Source: Octopus sinensis (Eukaryota). Taken from it: a stretch of DNA of 64,000 nucleotides. The stretch lies in NCBI RefSeq assembly GCF_006345805.1, contig NC_043021.1, positions 20,832,001 through 20,896,000 of the forward strand. Direction: 5' to 3'. The notes under the pieces were generated by a model. It saw only the letters and a program-made list of their open reading frames with translations. It ran no database searches and was not told where the DNA came from. The translations under genes and the position numbers were made by a program. This document shows, piece by piece, positions 1 to 11,739 of this stretch. Numbering within the stretch: position 1 is the first letter of the stretch; each line of letters opens with the position of its first letter.

Positions 1-363
1 AAATCAAAATCAATCAACATCAATGGAAATTGTAGCTGTGATACCAGTGCCGAGGGCACGTAAGAGAACCATCCGAACGTGGCCGTTGCCAGCGCCGCCC
101 CGACTGGCCTCCGTGCCAGTGGCACGTAAAATGCACCATCCGATTGTGGTCGTTGCCAGCCTCGTCTGGCACCTATGCAGGTGGCACGTAAAAAGCACCC
201 ACTACACTCACGGAGTGGTTGGCGTTAGGAAGGGCATCCAGCTGTAGAAACACTGCCAGATCAGACTGGAGCCTGGTGCAGCCTCCTGGCTTCCCAGACT
301 CCGGTCGAACCGTCCAACCCATGCTAGCATGGAAAGCGGACGCTAAACGAAGATGATGATGAT
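1..363 (+). mobile_element. (GAT)n-tailed retroposon family C with variable ~55-60 bp internal tandem units
   Basis: Representative copy; also 6983-7433(-), 9241-9600(-), 13080-13370(-), 16237-16604(-), 16853-17190(-), 17810-18130(+), 25660-26160(+), 57300-57610(+). Confidence 0.88.
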
Positions 364-480
364 GTCTAGGACTCCTATAGCGGCCCCTGCACCCCAAGGC
401 ACCTGTGATTCCTTCAGCCATCTTACACACCCCTGTGTGTCACCCTTATAGCTCCCTACACATCTATATCTGATACTTAC

Positions 481-624
481 TTCGGCATGAGATGCATCTT
501 TCTGTACTGCTGCTTCGAACAAAAGGACGGCGTTAGGAATGTCTCCTTTCTTTAGTTTCTCCAGTCCGGCATTGAAAGGATCTTTCTGTTGTAATAACGG
601 GTTTTCACTAGCAAACTTGTAGTC
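481..624 (-). CDS. PEX5: PEX5 exon, start of TPR domain (DYKFASENPL...QKDASHAE), 144 nt, phase 0/0
   Basis: Acceptor ctttatag, donor GAA|GTAAGT; GDIPNAVLLFEAAVQ nearly identical to human TPR1. Confidence 0.97.
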
Positions 625-1667
625 CTATAAAGAAGAAATCATATATATTAGAAACAACAACAAGAACAACCACATCATCATCATCCCTTAATGTCCGTTT
701 TCCATGCTGGTATGGGTTGAATGGTTTCACCGGCACTAACTAGCTGAAGAACTGCCTGAGTTCCATGTCTACTTTGGTATGGCTTCTATGGCTGTGTACC
801 CTTTCTAATGCCAACCAGTTCACAGTGTACTCTCTCTCTCTTTTACTCTTTTGTAAAAGTTTCTCTCTACCAAATCCACTCACAAGGCTTTGGTCGGTCC
901 GAGGGTATAATAGAAGACACTTGCCCAAGGTGCCACGCAGTGGGACTGAACCCAGAACCATGTGGTTGGTAAGCAAGCTACTTATCACACAGCCACTAAC
1001 CCCAGTGTTTCATTAATACTTAATTTATCAACCCCGAAAGGATGAAAGGCAAAGTCAACCTCGGCAGAATTTGATCTCAGAACATGGCAGCAGACAGAAT
1101 ACCACTAAGCATCTCACCTAGTGTGCTAACAGTTCTATCAGATTGCTGCTGCTGCAGCAACAACAACAACAATAACAACAGCAACAACCATCATCATCGA
1201 CATTAGCGCCCGCTTTCCATGCTAGCATGGGTTGGACGGTGCAACTGGGGTCTGGGAAGTCTGATCTGGCAATGTTTCTACGGCTGGATGCCCTTCCTAA
1301 CGCCAATCACTCCATGAGTGTAGTGGGTGCTTTTTATGTGCCACCGGCACAGGTGCCAGACGAGGCTGGCAAACGGCCACTATCGGATGGCGCTTTTTAC
1401 GTGCCACCGGCACGGGGGCCAGTCGAATAATACAGGTGAGTTCATAGAGGGATAGTAAACTCTTCTGCTATATAGATTTTCATATTTGAGAAGTGCACTA
1501 TAACACATTTTGTAAGGGCATCTGGGTTATAGAAAATTCTGTCTGACCCATGCAAGTATGGAAAACCGGATGCTGAATGAGGATGATGAGAGAGAAAGTA
1601 AGAGACAAAAAGAGGAGAGAATGATAGAGATAGAGAGAGAGAGAGGTTGAAGAATGCAGTAACTAAC

Positions 1668-1725
1668 TTGGTAGAGTTCACTGTCAGTATATTCTGTCAA
1701 CCAGGGATGGCCGTCAGTCACATTT
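1668..1725 (-). CDS. PEX5: PEX5 exon (RNVTDGHPWLTEYTDSELYQ), 58 nt, phase 2/0
   Basis: Acceptor tgttacag, donor CAA|GTTAGT; HPWLTEY matches human HPWLSDY. Confidence 0.94.
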
Positions 1726-2680
1726 CTGTAACACATGAAAAAAAAAAAATTCATTTAGACTTCAATGCCTCACATGAAATTGGACAGGCACTTACAAACC
1801 CATTTTGAACCAGATTTCCCAGCTGTAAATAAAAAACAAAACTGTAAAAATTCTTAGAAAAAGTGAAAAGAGCAGGTTGCAGTTATGCCTTTCAGGAAGA
1901 ATTCAACAATTAGCTCTGTTGCAAGCATTCCGTGTAGACCCCAAGTCCTGGGTTACTTCTTTCTTCTCATCCTCCCTACAAAATACAAGTCACATGAGCT
2001 ACCCATTTCCCTCTCACCAAAACATTGACCCTCTAGCATCTAAACTAGTCCAAATATTCTACCTGTTGTAAGTTAAAAACTAACCAGAAACAGCATCACA
2101 CACCTACCCTACAATGTCATTCTAAAAATAAACGATCATCATCGGATGCCCTTCCTGACACCAACCACCTCGTACAGTAGACTGAGTGCATTTTACATGG
2201 TAACAGCACAAGCAAGGTCATTTTTGTGGAGGCACATGGCCTAGTGGTTAGAGCAGCAGACTCGCGGTCGAGGGATCGTGGGTTCGAATCTCAGACCAGG
2301 CGATGTGTGTGTTTATGAGCGAAACACCTAAGCTTCATGCGGCTCCGGCAGAAGGTAATGGTGAACTTCTGCTGACTGTTTTGCCACAACTTTCTCTCAA
2401 TCTTTCTTCCAGCATCTTGCAGCTCACCTGCGATGGACTGGCTTCCCATCCAGGTGGGGAACCTATACTCCAATGAAACTGAGAAACCAGTCCTTATGAG
2501 CCAGGTATGGCTCGAGAAGGAACAAACAACAAACAAACAAGGTCAGTTTTGGCATGGTTTTTACAGTTTTTACAGCCCTTCCAAATGCCAACCACTTCAA
2601 AGTGTGGACTGGATGCTTTTTTACATCAATGAAATCTAGGAGTGAGATAATACATTATTTATTCAAACCATTTGAATAAA

Positions 2681-3485
2681 CAAACATTGGAAAATGATAG
2701 AGCAAAAGGTGCCAAATTTTGGTATCAAAACCTACCACTCACTGCGCCACGGAAGACGCTGCCAGCTACCACCAATCAACAAAAAGGCTGGCCAGCAGCA
2801 AAAACCCTGCGAGAGTCAAGTCTGTTTGTTCGAGGAGCACAACTATTCAACTCCATTCCGTACATGTCAGAAATCTATCAGATGCAGTGTGGAATCATTC
2901 AAATTGCAGCTGGATAGATACTTAAGCACCATTAGAGATGAACCCCATCTCCCAGGATATACACAACGAGCACAAACTGACTCAAACTCGCTCCTACACA
3001 TGTCAAAGTCTGTTGTTCGAGGAGCACAACTATTCAACTCCATTCCGGTACATGTCAGAAATCTATCAGGATGCAGTGTGGAATCATTCAAATTGCAGCT
3101 GGATAGATACTTAAGCACCATTAGAGATGAACCCCATCTCCCAGGATATACACAACGAGCACAAACTGACTCAAACTCGCTCCTACACATGTCAAAGTCT
3201 GTTGGTTCGAGGAGCACAACTATTCAACTCCATTCCGGTACATGTCAGAAATCTATCAGGATGCAGTGTGGAATCATTCAAATTGCAGCTGGATAGATAC
3301 TTAAGCACCATTAGAGATGAACCCCATCTCCCAGGATATACACAACGAGCACAAACTGACTCAAACTCGCTCCTACACATGTCAAAATTAAACAGAGAAT
3401 ACAACCTGGCAACCACACCAGACTCTGAGGGTGGAGTCTTCGACTTGGCCTGAGCATGGACTCAAACTCAAATGAAATGAAATTA
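2681..3485 (+). mobile_element. LINE (CR1/L2-group) ORF2 3' end with three tandem ~188-bp copies
   Basis: RESSLFVRGAQLFNSIPVHVRNLSGCSVESFKLQLDRYL is a typical C-terminal LINE motif; units start at 2821, 3009 and 3198. Confidence 0.8.
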
Positions 3486-3544
3486 CATTTGACAGATTAA
3501 TCTGAATGCTAAAACATGAAAAAAAAAAAGGAAAAAAAAATTAC

Positions 3545-3663
3545 CGGTCAACATCTTCCCAGTGTTTCTGAAGGTTCTCCCAAAACTGTTCATCGGAAAT
3601 TGTCTCGCTGCCCATTTCTTTGGTGAATTCTTCTTGCCATTGGTCAACTAAAGACTTAGCACT
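3545..3663 (-). CDS. PEX5: PEX5 exon (SAKSLVDQWQEEF...FWENLQKHWEDVD), 119 nt, phase 0/2
   Basis: Long poly-T tract, first AG at 3664-3665, donor CG|GTAATT. The 5' edge could instead be 3654 (in-frame AG). Confidence 0.9.
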
Positions 3664-3710
3664 CTTCATAAAAAAAAGAAAAAAAGAAAAAATATATATA
3701 AAAATATATA

Positions 3711-4110
3711 GGCACAGGAGTGGCTGTGTGGTAAGTAGCTTGTTTACCAACCACATGGTTCCGGGTTCAGTCCCACTGCGTGGCACCTTGGACAAGTGTC
3801 TTCTACTATAGTCTCGGGCCGACCAAAGCCTTGTGAGTGGATTTGGTAGACGAAAACTGAAAGAAGCCCGTCGTATATATGTATATATATATATGCATGT
3901 GTGTGTTTGTGCGTCTGTGTTTGTCCCCCCAACATCGCTTGACAACCGATGCTGGTGTGTTTATGTCCCCGTTACTTAGCGGTTCGGCAAAAGAGACCGA
4001 TAGAATAAGTACTGGGCTTACAAAAAGAATAAGTCCTGGGGTCGAGTTGCTCGATTAAAGGCGGTGCTCCAGCATGGCCGCAGTCAAATGACTGAAACAA
4101 GTAAAAGAGT
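3711..4110 (+). mobile_element. tRNA-headed SINE family A (CORE-like, internal TA/TG microsatellite, AAAAGAGT tail)
   Basis: Representative copy; about 20 copies, e.g. 4931-5339(+), 15838-16207(-), 19879-20270(+), 24243-24655(-), 27898-28278(-), 37057-37502(+), 37940-38325(-), 51036-51433(-), 58416-58797(+), 60222-60620(+). Resembles described octopus tRNA-derived SINEs; exact family name not verifiable here. Confidence 0.9.
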
Positions 4111-4845
4111 ATGCAAATTGGTGCAGACATGGCTGTGTGATAAGAAGTTTACTTTCTAACCCCAATGGTTCTGGGTTCAGTTCCACGATGGACAGGTGTC
4201 TTCTTGATAGACAGAAACTGAAAGGAGCCCATCATATGTGTGTATATATATATGTGGAGGAGCAATGGCCCAGTGGTTAGGGCAGCGGACTTGTGGTCGT
4301 AGGATTGTGGTTTCAATTCCCAGGCCGGGTGTCGTGAGTGTTTATCGAGCAAAAACACCTAAAAGCTCCACAAGGCTCCGGCAGGGGGTGGTGGTGATCC
4401 CTGCTGTACTCTTTCGCCACAACTTTCTCTCACTCTTTCTTCTGTTGGCCTGCTCGCTTAGCCAGCGGGGTGGCGTCATTTGAAGGCTAAAACAATGTGA
4501 AGCGCATTGTGACCAGCGATGTCTATCAACATCTGATAGACTGGTCAGTGATGGTGATATGTATGTATGTATGTGTGTGTGTGTCCTCCACTGTGCTTGG
4601 CATCCACTATTTGTATGTTTATATCCCCATAACTTAGTGGTTTGGCAAAAGGGTCCAATAGAATACGCACCAGACTTTAAAAAGTAAGTACTGGGGTTGA
4701 TCCATTTGACTAAAATTCTTCAAGGTAGTGCCTAGGTTAACACCATAAAATGGACAAGCCTCAATATCACTGTGATGTTAACCAGGCAATGACCAATCCA
4801 GTTTGAGTTGTGGTCATCATCTTGAATGCATCATGAACATTGTGA

Positions 4846-4916
4846 GCATCAGTGGTTCAGTGGTAGAATGCTTACCTACCACACAGGTGGCCCAGGTTCG
4901 ATTCTCAGCCGATGCA
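4846..4916 (+). pseudogene. tRNA-Gly pseudogene (GCC-derived, anticodon now ACC)
   Basis: 71-nt GCATCAGTGGTTCAGTGGTAGAATGC...GGTTCGATTCTCAGCCGATGCA matches the recalled metazoan tRNA-Gly(GCC). Nearly all differences are CpG transitions; a T-run follows. Confidence 0.85.
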
Positions 4917-5344
4917 ACTTTCGTTTTATAGGTGCAGGAGCGGCTGTGTTGTAAGTAGCTTGCTTACCAACAACATGGTTCTGGGTTCAGTCCCACTGCG
5001 TGGCACCTTGGGCAAGTGTCTTCTACTATAGCCCCGGGCCGACCAATGCCTTGTGAGTGGATTTGGTAGACGGAAACTGACAGAAGTCTGTCGCATGTAT
5101 GTATATGTATATATATGTGTGTGTGTTTGTGTGTCTGTGTTTGTCTCCCCACCCAACATCGCTTGACAACCGATGCTGGTGTGTTTACGTTCCCATAACT
5201 TAGTAGTTTGGCAAAAGAGACCGACAGAATAAGTACTAGGCTTACAAAGAATAAGTCCTGGGGTCGATTTGCTCGACTAAAGGCAGTGCTCCAGCATGGC
5301 CGCAGTCAAATGACTGAAACAAGTAAAAGAGTAAAAGAGGTTAG

Positions 5345-5777
5345 CTTTGTGGCACCCATTTGTCTGCAAACTGTTAAGGCTAAAAACGCTCGACCTTTAT
5401 TCTCTAGAAAAATGCCGCCGCCGTGGAGATCTCATTCTTGCTCACAACATCATAAGTGGAAAGTGTAACCTCTCGAAAGAGCTGTTCTTCACTCCTGCTC
5501 CAGAGCATCGGCTGCGGGGTCACTCCGAAAAGCTCTATCTGCGACAATTTCATCTCAATCGAAGGAGAGGGGCTTTCTCCGTCCGGGTTGCGGATCCGTG
5601 GAATAAGCTGCCGGATGAGATAGTGAAGATGCCGACGACCGCTTGGTTCAAAGTCTCCCTTGACCACAAATGGCCTGAACTCTTTGCATGAACACCACCC
5701 TGTACATAACTCCATGTCCCCCTACATGGCCTTGCTTTTTGCTTTTTGAGCCAAAAAATTAACTTAACTTAACTTAC
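5345..5777 (+). mobile_element. CR1-clade LINE 3' end
   Basis: LYSLEKCRRRGDLI...RGHSEKL...FSVRVADPWNKLP...FKVSLD, stop, (AACTT)n tail. Confidence 0.88.
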
Positions 5778-6084
5778 AACTGTATGCCTCTACCTGAGAA
5801 GTTTCCTTCACCCTAGCTGGTTCCCTCCTTCCTAGTCTACAACACACGCACATATGTGTGTATGAAGGTGTGTGTCCTAGTGGTTAGGGTGTTGTACTGA
5901 CAATCTAGAGATCAGGATTTGATTCCAAGACCAAGTGGTGTGTTGTGTTCTTGAGCGAAACACTTTGTTTCACATTGCTCCATGCGACTGAGCAAACTGC
6001 ACCCACAACAACTGGCAATACAAAAATCTTGGGAAACTAACCAAGAACAATCTGCCATCCCCTGTATATCATCATCTGAAATCC

Positions 6085-6310
6085 AGATACAAACTGCTGT
6101 CCTTGAATGCCCGTAGTTTATGCAACAAGGTACATCTTTTTGACTCTTACGTCAAAAGTATCAACCCAGTCACGGAAACATGGGCACATTCTGCACTCTG
6201 TGATGGAGTTTTCAGCATAGCCGGCTAGAACCTGTTCCGCAAAGACCGCATTAATCGCCGTGGAGGGGGTGTGATGATTTTATGTTCGAACTCTGTTTTA
6301 AATGGGTGAC
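6085..6310 (+). mobile_element. Isolated LINE APE-endonuclease fragment inside a SINE
   Basis: Reads LNARSLCNK...VTETW...IAG*NLFRKDRINRRGGGV, the N-terminal APE motifs, with one stop. Confidence 0.8.
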
Positions 6311-6897
6311 CCTGCGACAGACTAGCTTTCCAATCAGAGAAATGTTGGCCTGATCACTTAGCCAAAAGCTAAAGCAATGCAAAGTGCACTGTGATCACCA
6401 ATGTAAAACAGCATCTGATAGTCTGATCAATCATGGGACATATATCTAGCATACACACACACACACACAAAGATTCTTTCTGGTTACAGTTTTCCAAATC
6501 AATGCATGAGGCTTTAGTCAGCTCGGGGCTAAAGCACAAGACACAAGCCCAAACTTGAAACCACGTAAACTAGAAAGCAAACTTCTCAACCACAGAGAAA
6601 ATAATTATATTTTCACAAAATTTCGTGGGTTTTTTTTGGTTATTTAGTAAGTCATTTGAATAAATATAGACTCCTGCACTATTTTACATGGCATATGATA
6701 AATGACATAAAATGTACCAAAAAAAAAAACAAAAAAAACCCTAAAAACCCAAATCATAGAATTGAAGACACAGAAAATGAAAAGCAATACAGGTACAATA
6801 TTGAGTTTTCAGAACCTTTGGTTTGAAAGCCTTTCCAGAATACTGAATTTTTTTTTTCTGAAGCAGGGGTGGTTATCTTGATCAGTATGCTCTAAAT

Positions 6898-7606
6898 CAG
6901 AGGTTCTCAACCATTTTTGGCCCCTATGGATCCCTTTGATTCCTATTCTACTCTACTGGACCTCCATAGACATTGGCTGTATTATCATCGTCATCGTTTA
7001 ACGTCCATTTTCCATGCTAGCATGGGTTGGACGGTTCAACTGGGGTCTGCGAAGCCAGAAGGCTGCACCAGGCCCAGTCTGATCTGGCAGTGTTTCTACA
7101 GCTGGATGCCCTTCCTAATGCCAACCACTCTGTGAGTCAGTGGGTGCTTTTTACGTGCCACCTGCACAGGTGCCAGACGAGGCTGGCAAATGGCCGTGAT
7201 CGGATGGTGCTTTTTACATGCCACTGGCACGGGGGCCAGATGAGGCTAGCAACGGCCACAATCGGATGGTGCTTTTTACGTGCCACCATCACGGAGGCCA
7301 GTCGGGGCAGCGCTGGTAATGGCCACGTTCGGATGGTTCTCTTAGTACCACCGGCACTGGTATCACAGCTACAATTTCCATTCATGTTGATCAATTTTGA
7401 TTTTGATTTTCACTTGCCTCAACAGGTCTTCACGAAAAAATAATCCTATTGTATTTTTACAATTAAGCAATAGCAGGAATTGTATAAAAAGATTAATATA
7501 TTTTATGTATTTTGGGAAGTATAAGCAACTTATTGCACATAAATTTTAACAACAGAATCTTATATGGACCCTCAAGGGCTGCATGGAGCCCAGTTGAGAA
7601 CCACTG
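6898..7606. mobile_element. hAT-like MITE interrupted by a retroposon (6983-7433)
   Basis: TIRs CAGAGGTTCTCAAC / GTTGAGAACCACTG; TSD degenerate (ctctaaat / caataaat). Confidence 0.7.
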
Positions 7607-10458
7607 CAATAAATTAAACAAATACTCTTTTACTTGACTGCGGTCATGCTGGAGCACCGCCTTTATAGTTGAGCAAATCGACCTCAGAGCCCACTCTCTG
7701 CAAACCCAGCACTTATTCCATCGGTCTCCCCCACCGAACTGCTAAGTTACGGGGACATAAACACACCAGCATCGGTTGTCAAGCAATGCTAGGGGAACAA
7801 ACACAAACATACACGCACACATATACATACACATATATATACATATATACCGTCCAACCCATGCTAGCATGGAGAACGGACGTTAAACGATGATGATGAT
7901 GATACAACGGGCTTCTTCCAGTTTCTGTCTACCAAATCCACTCACAAGGCTTTGGTTGGCCCAAGGCCATGGTAGAAGGTTCTCAACCATTTTTGGCCCC
8001 TATGGATCCCTTTGATTCCTATTCTACTCTACTGGACCTCCAAAGACATCGGCTGTATATGAAAAAATAATCCTATTGTATTTTTACAAGGTGCCACACA
8101 GTGGGACTGAACCCGGGACCATGTGGTTGGTAAGCAAGTTACTTACCACACAGCTACTCCTGCGCCTATGTTAAATGTTAGATTTACTTAAATAATTAAA
8201 TGAAATACAGGTATACATGCATTAGCACAAATTTATTAATACTGTTCTGAGCAATACTGATATATATTGCACATACCAGTAAACTAGTCTGGCAGGTGTA
8301 GGAATTTGATGTACCAGCTCATAAATTAGTGCGGATTATGAGTTATAAGAGGTTTACAACCACCATGTCCGGAAAGTCGGTGATGTATAACTATGTTCAC
8401 ATATATCGATATACAGTAACAGCAACACAATTTCTTTTGGATAGTAGTGACAAAATACATTAATATTCTAACTATATGTAAATATGATAATTAGTCAATC
8501 AACAATTATTCAAATATTGATCACAAATATGCAGATGTGTTAGTAGTGACAAAAATATATTAAAATACTGACCAAACAGCATAGATGTAATAGTTAAATA
8601 AAAATAAATAACTGCGCCCTTTTAAAGCCTAGCCAGGCTCATGGGCCCGGTTTCCCAGTTTCAATGGCGTATGTGTTCCCCAACTGGAAGGGACACCAGT
8701 CCATCGCAGCGTTACTCATATTTGCCAGCTGAGTGAATTGGAGCAACGTGAAATGAAGTGTTTTGCTCAAGAACACAACGCGTCGCCCGGTCCAGGAATC
8801 GAAACCACAATCTTACGATCACGATGCTGACACCTTAACCACTAAGCTACGCGCCTCCACAGATGTAATAGTTAGTGGTTACAAAATATATTCAAATACT
8901 GATCTCATATATATTTATAATAGTTAGTAGTAGAAAATGCATTCAATTATTAGCCACATACATAAGTGTCGAAGTTAGTAATAATACAAAATGCACCAAA
9001 ATACTGACCATACATCATCATCATCACCATTTAACATCCATTTGCCATGCTGGCATGGATTAGATGGTTTGACAGGTGGTGACCAGCAGAAGAGCTGCCT
9101 AGGTTCTACGTCTGTTCTGACTTGGTTTCTATGGCTGGCTGCCTTTCTAATACCATCCACTTTAAAGAGTGTACTGGGTGTTTTTATACAGCTCAGGCAC
9201 AGGCGTGTTTATCTGGCACCAGTATGGATATAAAAAGGCTTCATCATCATCATCATCATCGTTTAATGTCCGTTCTCCATGCCAGCATGGGTTGGACGGT
9301 TCAACCGGGGATCTGGGAAGCCAGAAGGCTGCACCAGGATCCAGTCTGATCTATCAGTGTTTCTACAGCTGGATGCCCTTCCTAACGCCAACCACTCCGA
9401 GAGTGTAGTGGGTGCTTTTTACGTGCCAGGCGAGGCTGGCAACAGCCATGATCAGATTGATGCTTTTTACGTACCACCGGCAAGGAAGCCAGTCTAGGCG
9501 GCGCTGGCATTGACCACGTTCGGATGGTGCTTTTTATGTGCCACTGGCACAGGGATCACAACTGCAGTTTCCATTTATTTTTGATGTTGGTGTCCTTGAC
9601 TCAATGGATCTCCTCAAGCACAGGGTCAAAACGGTGTTTCTTTACTTGCCACCTGCACAGGAGTCAGTCCAGCAGCCCTGGCAACTGCCGGGTGCCAAAA
9701 ACGAGTGTATCACTATAAATCTGATGGTGCAACCATTAAATGGTGAGGGGGCAGTGCCATCCAGAGCACCTTGCTTAGTGACGGGGGATGGTTAATAAAC
9801 CAAAACTAATTATCAAGCAGTGAACTGGGGACAAACATGGACACACATATACACATGTAGGTGATGGGTTTTCTTTCAGTTTCAGTTTACCAAATCCACC
9901 CACAAGGTTTTGATTGGCTTGGGGCTGTAATCGAGGATGCTTGCCAAAGTACCACACATGTGGCTGGGAAGCAAACTTCTCACCACACAGGCATACCTGT
10001 GCTTATTGCCACACCTGTGCCTGACAAATTGAAACACAAAGGAAAACAAAAGTCCATTAAGATAGTTTAGTAAAAAGCACGCCCCCCCCCCCCCACAAAA
10101 AGAACAAAACAAAACAAACAGACCCCAAAGCTACCAATTTATGCATTTTATAATACTTAAGAATTTAAAGTTATTTCATGTCACACCACTGATGTGAATT
10201 ATTTAATTTTCTTATCAAACATCTGTCTTGCAAAAATAAAAAAAGATTAGATAGCAAAAAAATAAAAGGAAAAGATTATGTTTCATGCATTTGTTAATTA
10301 CACGTAACAAAACACACAGAAACCATTAGAAACAAAAATGGATCGTTAAAAAACAAAACAAAACAAAACAAACGAAATTGCTAAGAGAAAAAAATCCACT
10401 AAACAAGGAGATGCTTCAGCACTGCATAGCAAGTTTGGAGTTTTCTGTCCGACCTTAC

Positions 10459-10584
10459 CTCTTCCGACACAAAATGTTCTACCCACTGCTCAGGAACATC
10501 CCCAGCGCTCACAGCACCAAGCAGTGCCTCGTTGTCTCTCAACTCTGTCTCCCCGTGGGTGACATTTGATATAAATTTCATGAA
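10459..10584 (-). CDS. PEX5: PEX5 PEX7-binding exon (FMKFISNV...WVEHFVSEE), 126 nt, phase 0/0
   Basis: Acceptor atttatag, donor GAG|GTAAGG; corresponds to the human PEX5L-specific segment FLKFVRQIGEGQVSLE...EQWAAEF. Confidence 0.94.
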
Positions 10585-10689
10585 CTATAAATCAGAACAA
10601 GAACAGTAAATAGCAAAAAAGTGGTTGGTTTGAATTGGATATGGAATTCACAGGCAGGGCTTTGTTGTTCATATATGGTTATGGTTCAG

Positions 10690-11700
10690 TGCAAGGATGT
10701 ATTGGAGGGCAGAGGAGAATGGATAGCAGGATGGCAGATGATAATGTTAGTGGTCAGTAGAGAATGTTTGTGGGCAGTGGAGGTAGTTTGAGAGTAGTGG
10801 AGACTGTTTATAGGGAATGAAATGTGGTTTGTGGGCAGTGGAGGTAGTTTCTGGAAAGTGGAGGTTGTGTGTGGGTAGTGGAGGTTGTTTGTGGGTAGTG
10901 GAGGTTGTTTATGGGAAGTATAGGTCGTTTGTGGGCAATGAAGGGTGTTTGTGGGAAGTATAGGTGGTTTGTGGGCAGTGGAGGTAGTTTCTGGAAAGTG
11001 GAGGTTGTGTGTGGGTAGTGGAGGTTGTTTGTGGGTAGTGGAGGTTGTTTGTGGGAAGTATAGGTCATTTGTGGGCAATGAAGGGTGTTTGTGGGAAGTA
11101 TAGGTGGTTTGTGGGCAGTGGAGGTAGTTTCTGGAAAGTGGAGGTTGTGTATGGGTAGTGGAGATTGTTTGTGGGTAGTGGAGGTTGTTTGTGGGAAGTA
11201 TAGGTCGTTTGTGGGCAATGAAGAGTGTTTGTGGGAAGTATAGGTGGTTTGTGGGCAGTGGAGGTAGTTTCTGGAAAGTGGAGGTTGTGTGTGGGTAGTG
11301 GAGGTTGTTTGTGGGTAGTGGAGGTTGTTTGTGGGAAGTATAGGTCGTTTGTGGGCAATGAAGGGTGTTTGTGGGAAGCAGAGGTGGTTTGTGGGCAGTG
11401 GAGGTAGTTTCTGGAAAGTGGAGGTAGTTTCTGGAAAGCGGAGGTTGTGTGTGGGTAGTGGAGGTTGTTTGTAGGAAGTATAGGTCGTTTGTGGGCAATG
11501 AAGGGTGTTTGTGGGAAGCAGAGGTGGTTTGTGGGCTATGAAAGTGGTTAGTGAGCAGTGGAGGTAGTTTCTGGAAAGTGGTGGTTGTTTGTGGGAAGTA
11601 GAGGTCGTTTGTGGGTTGTGGAGATTGTTTGTGGGCGGTGGAGGTTGTTTGTGGTTAAGTGGAGGGTACTAGTGGTCAGTGAAGGATGTAAGTGGGAAAT
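10690..11700. repeat. G-rich 20-bp minisatellite with 140-bp (7x20) higher-order period
   Basis: GTGGGCAGTGGAGGTAGTTTCTGGAAAGTG recurs at 10831, 10971, 11111, 11251 and 11391. Confidence 0.92.
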
Positions 11701-11739
11701 GGAGTATGTCAGTAGGCAATGGCAGTTGTTAGTGCTCAG

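Noticed and set aside
2228-2310. tRNA-like heads with A/B boxes at many SINE starts
   Set aside because: They continue into SINE bodies and lack an acceptor stem, so they are not tRNA genes.
10831-11400. Regularly spaced repeats and SINE clusters as CRISPR-like arrays
   Set aside because: Eukaryotic context, no unique spacers, no cas genes.
10686-11498. 270-aa Thr/Pro/His-rich ORF resembling a mucin
   Set aside because: It is a minisatellite within a PEX5 intron; the 20-bp unit is not a multiple of 3, so all frames give similar text.
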